Shown piece by piece: positions 51,772-64,000 of a stretch of DNA of 64,000 bases. Made by a program: the position numbers and the translations under genes. Within the stretch, counting starts at the first letter, position 1. The number at the start of each line of letters is the position of its first letter. This DNA is from the human T2T-CHM13v2.0 reference genome, Homo sapiens, in the NCBI RefSeq assembly GCF_009914755.1, contig NC_060938.1; one strand, written 5' to 3'. The notes under the pieces were generated by a model, which saw only the letters and a list, made by a program, of their open reading frames with translations, was not told the DNA's origin and did not search any database.

Positions 51772-52516
51772 GGAATAAAATGATTAAATTTCTGTCTAGA
51801 AAATGTTACTGTGGCATTAGAAGAGTCTGGAAGGATGCCAGAACCAAAGTGGGGAGATGAGTTAAGAAAGTATTTTAGTAATAGAGATGAGAGATACTGG
51901 CACCTTGAACTGGAGTTTTGTTGGTCAATGTAGAGAAAATGGACAGCCTCAAGCTACATATCAGAGGTAAAATGGACAGGAATAGGTGCTGGATTAGCTA
52001 TAGGGGGTGAGGGGACAGTAGGCAAGAATAACTCCTAAATTTTCTGGGTTGTGTTAACATGGTACAGTTTCTTTCTTACTGGGATAGGGAATATTAGAAA
52101 TGAAAATCAGGGAATTTTTTGGGGGGGGTGTGGAGGCATGGTGGTGAAGTAAACAATGAGCACTATTTTGCACATGTTGAACCTGAGGTGCTTTTAAGAT
52201 AGTCAAGTCTTCCTAATCTTAGAATAGCAATAAATTAGGAAGTGATACATTTTTGACTATATAAAAATGAAAAACTTGATATCCAACAGCATACCTCACT
52301 AAAAAGGGCAAACCAACATTGTGAGAAAAATGTGTAACAAATGCTACATTTTAAAAAATTCATATATAAAATCACCCCACATAAGAAAAATATGAAGAAT
52401 CCAAGTAGTAAATAGGAAAAGGTTATAAAACAGCCAATGTAGAACATGTCAAGGAAAACATCACAGGAATTACTAATGGAAATAATCTAATTTTTCTTGA
52501 CCTTTAAAAAGTTTTA

Positions 52517-55506
<2,990 letters not shown>

Positions 55507-56579
55507 TAGTCACTCTGGTAAATCTAATCAACTTGACATGTGATTCTAAACTGTATTTTAAAAAACATTTCAAGGAGACATCGAACAAAAAAACCGTATT
55601 TTTTTCTGTTACAGAAAGGATATAAAACTGTTCTTGTGAGAATGGCTTCCATATTAGACTCCAAAGAATACATTACTAACATATATAAGTATGTCTGCTT
55701 TTAAGGTTTTTATCCTTTCTTTATTCTAAAGTTGCTACCATATCCATAAATTATAAAGACGTTAATTTGTTTTCCATAAGTTTTCTTAAAAAGAAAAATA
55801 AAAAAAATTAAAGGCTTCTAAAAGAATGGATATTTGGCTTTGGAGAATATAAGGTATTATATAAAGTAGAAAAAATATGTCACACAATTTCTAATAATAC
55901 TCAGAGGGGACAGTCATACAGTCTCAGTATTTTTCTCCTTTCAACTCAACTTTCATTTATTTGGTGGTATTAAAATACACATGTAAGAGACTTTTACTTC
56001 TTCTACAAAGAAACACTAAGGACAACGGCCTTCCCTCTGTAAACAACTATAAAACTAGAGAAAACAAAATAATTGTTTTCAGACATTGGACAATAAGCAA
56101 TATAGGACTGTGATCCTGAAAGATGGGGAAAAAATGAGGTGTGTATTATAAATTGCCTCCGATTATGGTCTGGAGAGAGTTTTCAGGTTACAACATAGCC
56201 TGGTAGTCTCCCTGAATCGAGGAGACAAGAGATTTTGGGGAGTTTGCAGTCTAGAATTTTAGGGCAGAGTACCAGAGACAAACTGTACAGAAAGAGCTTC
56301 ACAGATTTGCAAAGACTTCATATTACCCAGGTTTTTGGCTGAGTAATGATTTGTACATGTGTTGGGCAAAACTACAAGTCTGAAGAGAGAACCGCTGGAA
56401 AGCAGTAGAGTCCACACAGTGGTAAGGTAACACGGCTCACAACTAGGAGAAAAATCCATCAACAGAAATATACTCAGAAATGGCAGATGAAGGATTTAGG
56501 GAAAGAACTTAAATCAGCTATTAAAACTATACTCCATAAAACTATTCATCCATAAAAAGAATATGGATTGGAAAGAAAG

Positions 56580-56988
56580 AAGCAGAAGTGTCCTTATTTG
56601 CCAATTACATGATCATTTACACAAAAATTCTAAGGAATCTAAAAAAAGCTACTATAACTATGAGTTCAGTAAAGTTAGCAAGTTTAGTAAGGTCACAGGA
56701 TAAAAGGTCAATATATAAAAATCAATTGTATTTCTACATGCTAGCAATGAACATTTGGAAATTAAAATTTAAAAAACAACTTTTTACAGTAGTATCAAAA
56801 ATACAAGATATTTAGGAATAAACTGAACAGAAGTATCAGTCCTATACATTGAAAACTACAAAACATTGTTGAAATAAATCAAACAAGATCTAAGTAAATG
56901 GAATGCCATGTCTGTTGGTTGGAAGTTTCAATACTGTTAACATGTCAATTCTCCCCAAATTGATCAACAGACTCACACAATCCTAATA
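56580..56988 (+). mobile_element. Old L1M ORF2 fragment
   Basis: SLFANYMIIY-like RT remnant on the plus strand. Confidence 0.6.
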
Positions 56989-62300
<5,312 letters not shown>

Positions 62301-62301
62301 A

Positions 62302-64000
62302 CAGGCATAACTTGCAGATATTGCAGGTTTACTTCCAGACCACTGCAATAAAGTGAATATTGAAATAAAGAAAGTCACACAATTTTTTGTTTTTCAAGTT
62401 AACATAAAAGTAATGTTTACACTGTAATGTAGTTTATTAAGTGTGCAACAGCGTTATGTCTAAAAAAGCAATACATATACCTTAGGTAAAAAACACTTTA
62501 TTGCTAAAAAATGCTAACAATCACCTGAGTCTTCAGCAAGTTGTAATCTTTGGCTGATAGAATGCCTTGTCCCAATATCGGATGGCTACTCACTGATCAG
62601 GGTGATAGCTGAAGGCTGGAGTGACTGGCAATTTCTTAAAATAAGACAATGAAGTTTGCTGCATCTGTTGACTTCCTTTCATGAAAGATTTCTCTGTAGC
62701 ATGCTATGCTGCTTAATAGCTTTTTATCCACAGGAGAGATTGTTTTTACAATTGGACTCAATCCCCTTAAACTCTGCTGCTACTTTATCAGCTAAGTTTA
62801 CGGAATATTCTAAAGTCTCTGTTGTTATAATTTCAACAACATTCACAGCATCTTCATTAGAAGTAGATTCTAATCTCAAAAACCACTTTGTTCATCCATA
62901 AAAAGCAACTTCTCATGCATTCCAGTTTTATGATGAGATTGTAGCAATTTAGTCAAATCTTCAGGCTCCACTTCCAATTCTAGTTCTCTTGCAATTTTCA
63001 CCACATCTACAGTGACTTCCTACACTGAAGTCTTGAACTCCTCAAATGATCCATGAGTGCTGGAATCAATCTCTTACAAAGTCCTGTTAATGTTGATATT
63101 TTGATCTCCTCCCATGAATCATGAATGTTCTGAATGGCATCTAGAATGGGTGAATCGTTTTTATAAGGTTTTCAGTTTACTTTTCCAAGATCCACCAGAG
63201 AAATCACTATCTATGGCAGCTATAATCTTGTAAAATGTATTCCTTAAATGATAAGACTTGAAAGTCAAAATTAACTCTTGGATCCATGGGCTGCAGAACA
63301 GATGCTGTGTTCGCAAGCATGAAAACAACATGAATCTCCTGGTTCATCTGCACCAGAGCTCTTGAGTGACCATGTACATTGTCAATGAGATGTAATTTTA
63401 AAAGGAACCTTTTTGTAAGCAGTAGCTCTCCAAAGTGGGCTTAAAATATTCAGTAAATCATGCTGTATACAGATGTGCTATCATCCACGCTATGTTGTTC
63501 CACTTATGGAGCACAGGCAGAGTAGATTTAGCATAATTCTTAAGGGCCCTAGGACTTTTGGAATGGCAAATGAGCACTGGCTTCAACTTAAAGTGACCAG
63601 ATGCATTAACCTCTAACGAGAGTCAGCCTGTCTTTTGACGCTTTTAAAGTCAGGTATTGGCTTGTCTCTAGCTATCAAAGTCCTAGATGGTATCTTCTTG
63701 CAATAGAAGGCTGTTTTGTCTACACTGAAAAATCTGTTGTTTACTGTAACCACATTCATCAATGACCTTAACTAGATCTTCTGCAGCTTCCACGACAGCA
63801 CCTGCTGATTCAGCTTGCATTTTCAGGGAGGTGACTTTTTTCTTTAAACCTCATGAACCAACCTCTACTAGCTTCAAGCTTTTTCTCCTGCAGCTTCCTC
63901 ACCTCTCTCAGCCTTCACAGACTTGAAGAGCATTAGAGCCTTGCTCTGGATTAGACTTTGGATTAAGGGAATGTTGTGGCTAGTTTCATCTTCTATCCAG
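62302..64000 (-). mobile_element. Second Tigger1, cut by the window end
   Basis: Begins CAGGCATAACTTGCAGATATTGCAGG and is collinear with the reverse complement of the 29733-34723 copy. Confidence 0.88.

Overview
Human genomic DNA (a human-specific L1HS Ta element is present), recognised as the 14q21 interval holding the 3' part of FBXO33 on the minus strand: exons at 49028-49138, 47804-48489 and 46144-46415 plus a ~1.8-kb 3' UTR; the first exon lies beyond the window. Most of the window is transposon-derived. It contains a full-length L1PA4-like element nested in an old near-full-length L1MA, a two-LTR MER4-type ERV1 provirus, two Tigger1 copies, an LTR12 fragment, ~25 Alus, and a 3-kb 5'-truncated L1HS Ta-0 with an open ORF2 remnant in the FBXO33 intron. 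Two processed pseudogenes carry target-site duplications (TSDs): COILP1 (inserted inside Tigger1) and a GLRX5 copy. The most interesting feature is on the antisense strand of COILP1, which has a splice acceptor and short ORF ((S)[21 protein letters not shown]). This matches my recollection of the alternative C-terminus of the upstream MIA2/CTAGE5 gene, so it may be a terminal exon built from an antisense retrocopy plus a DNA transposon. Smaller oddities are an Alu flanked by a ~150-bp direct duplication and a ~59-bp locally templated inverted insertion. Alu and old-repeat boundaries and subfamilies are approximate (no RepeatMasker run).
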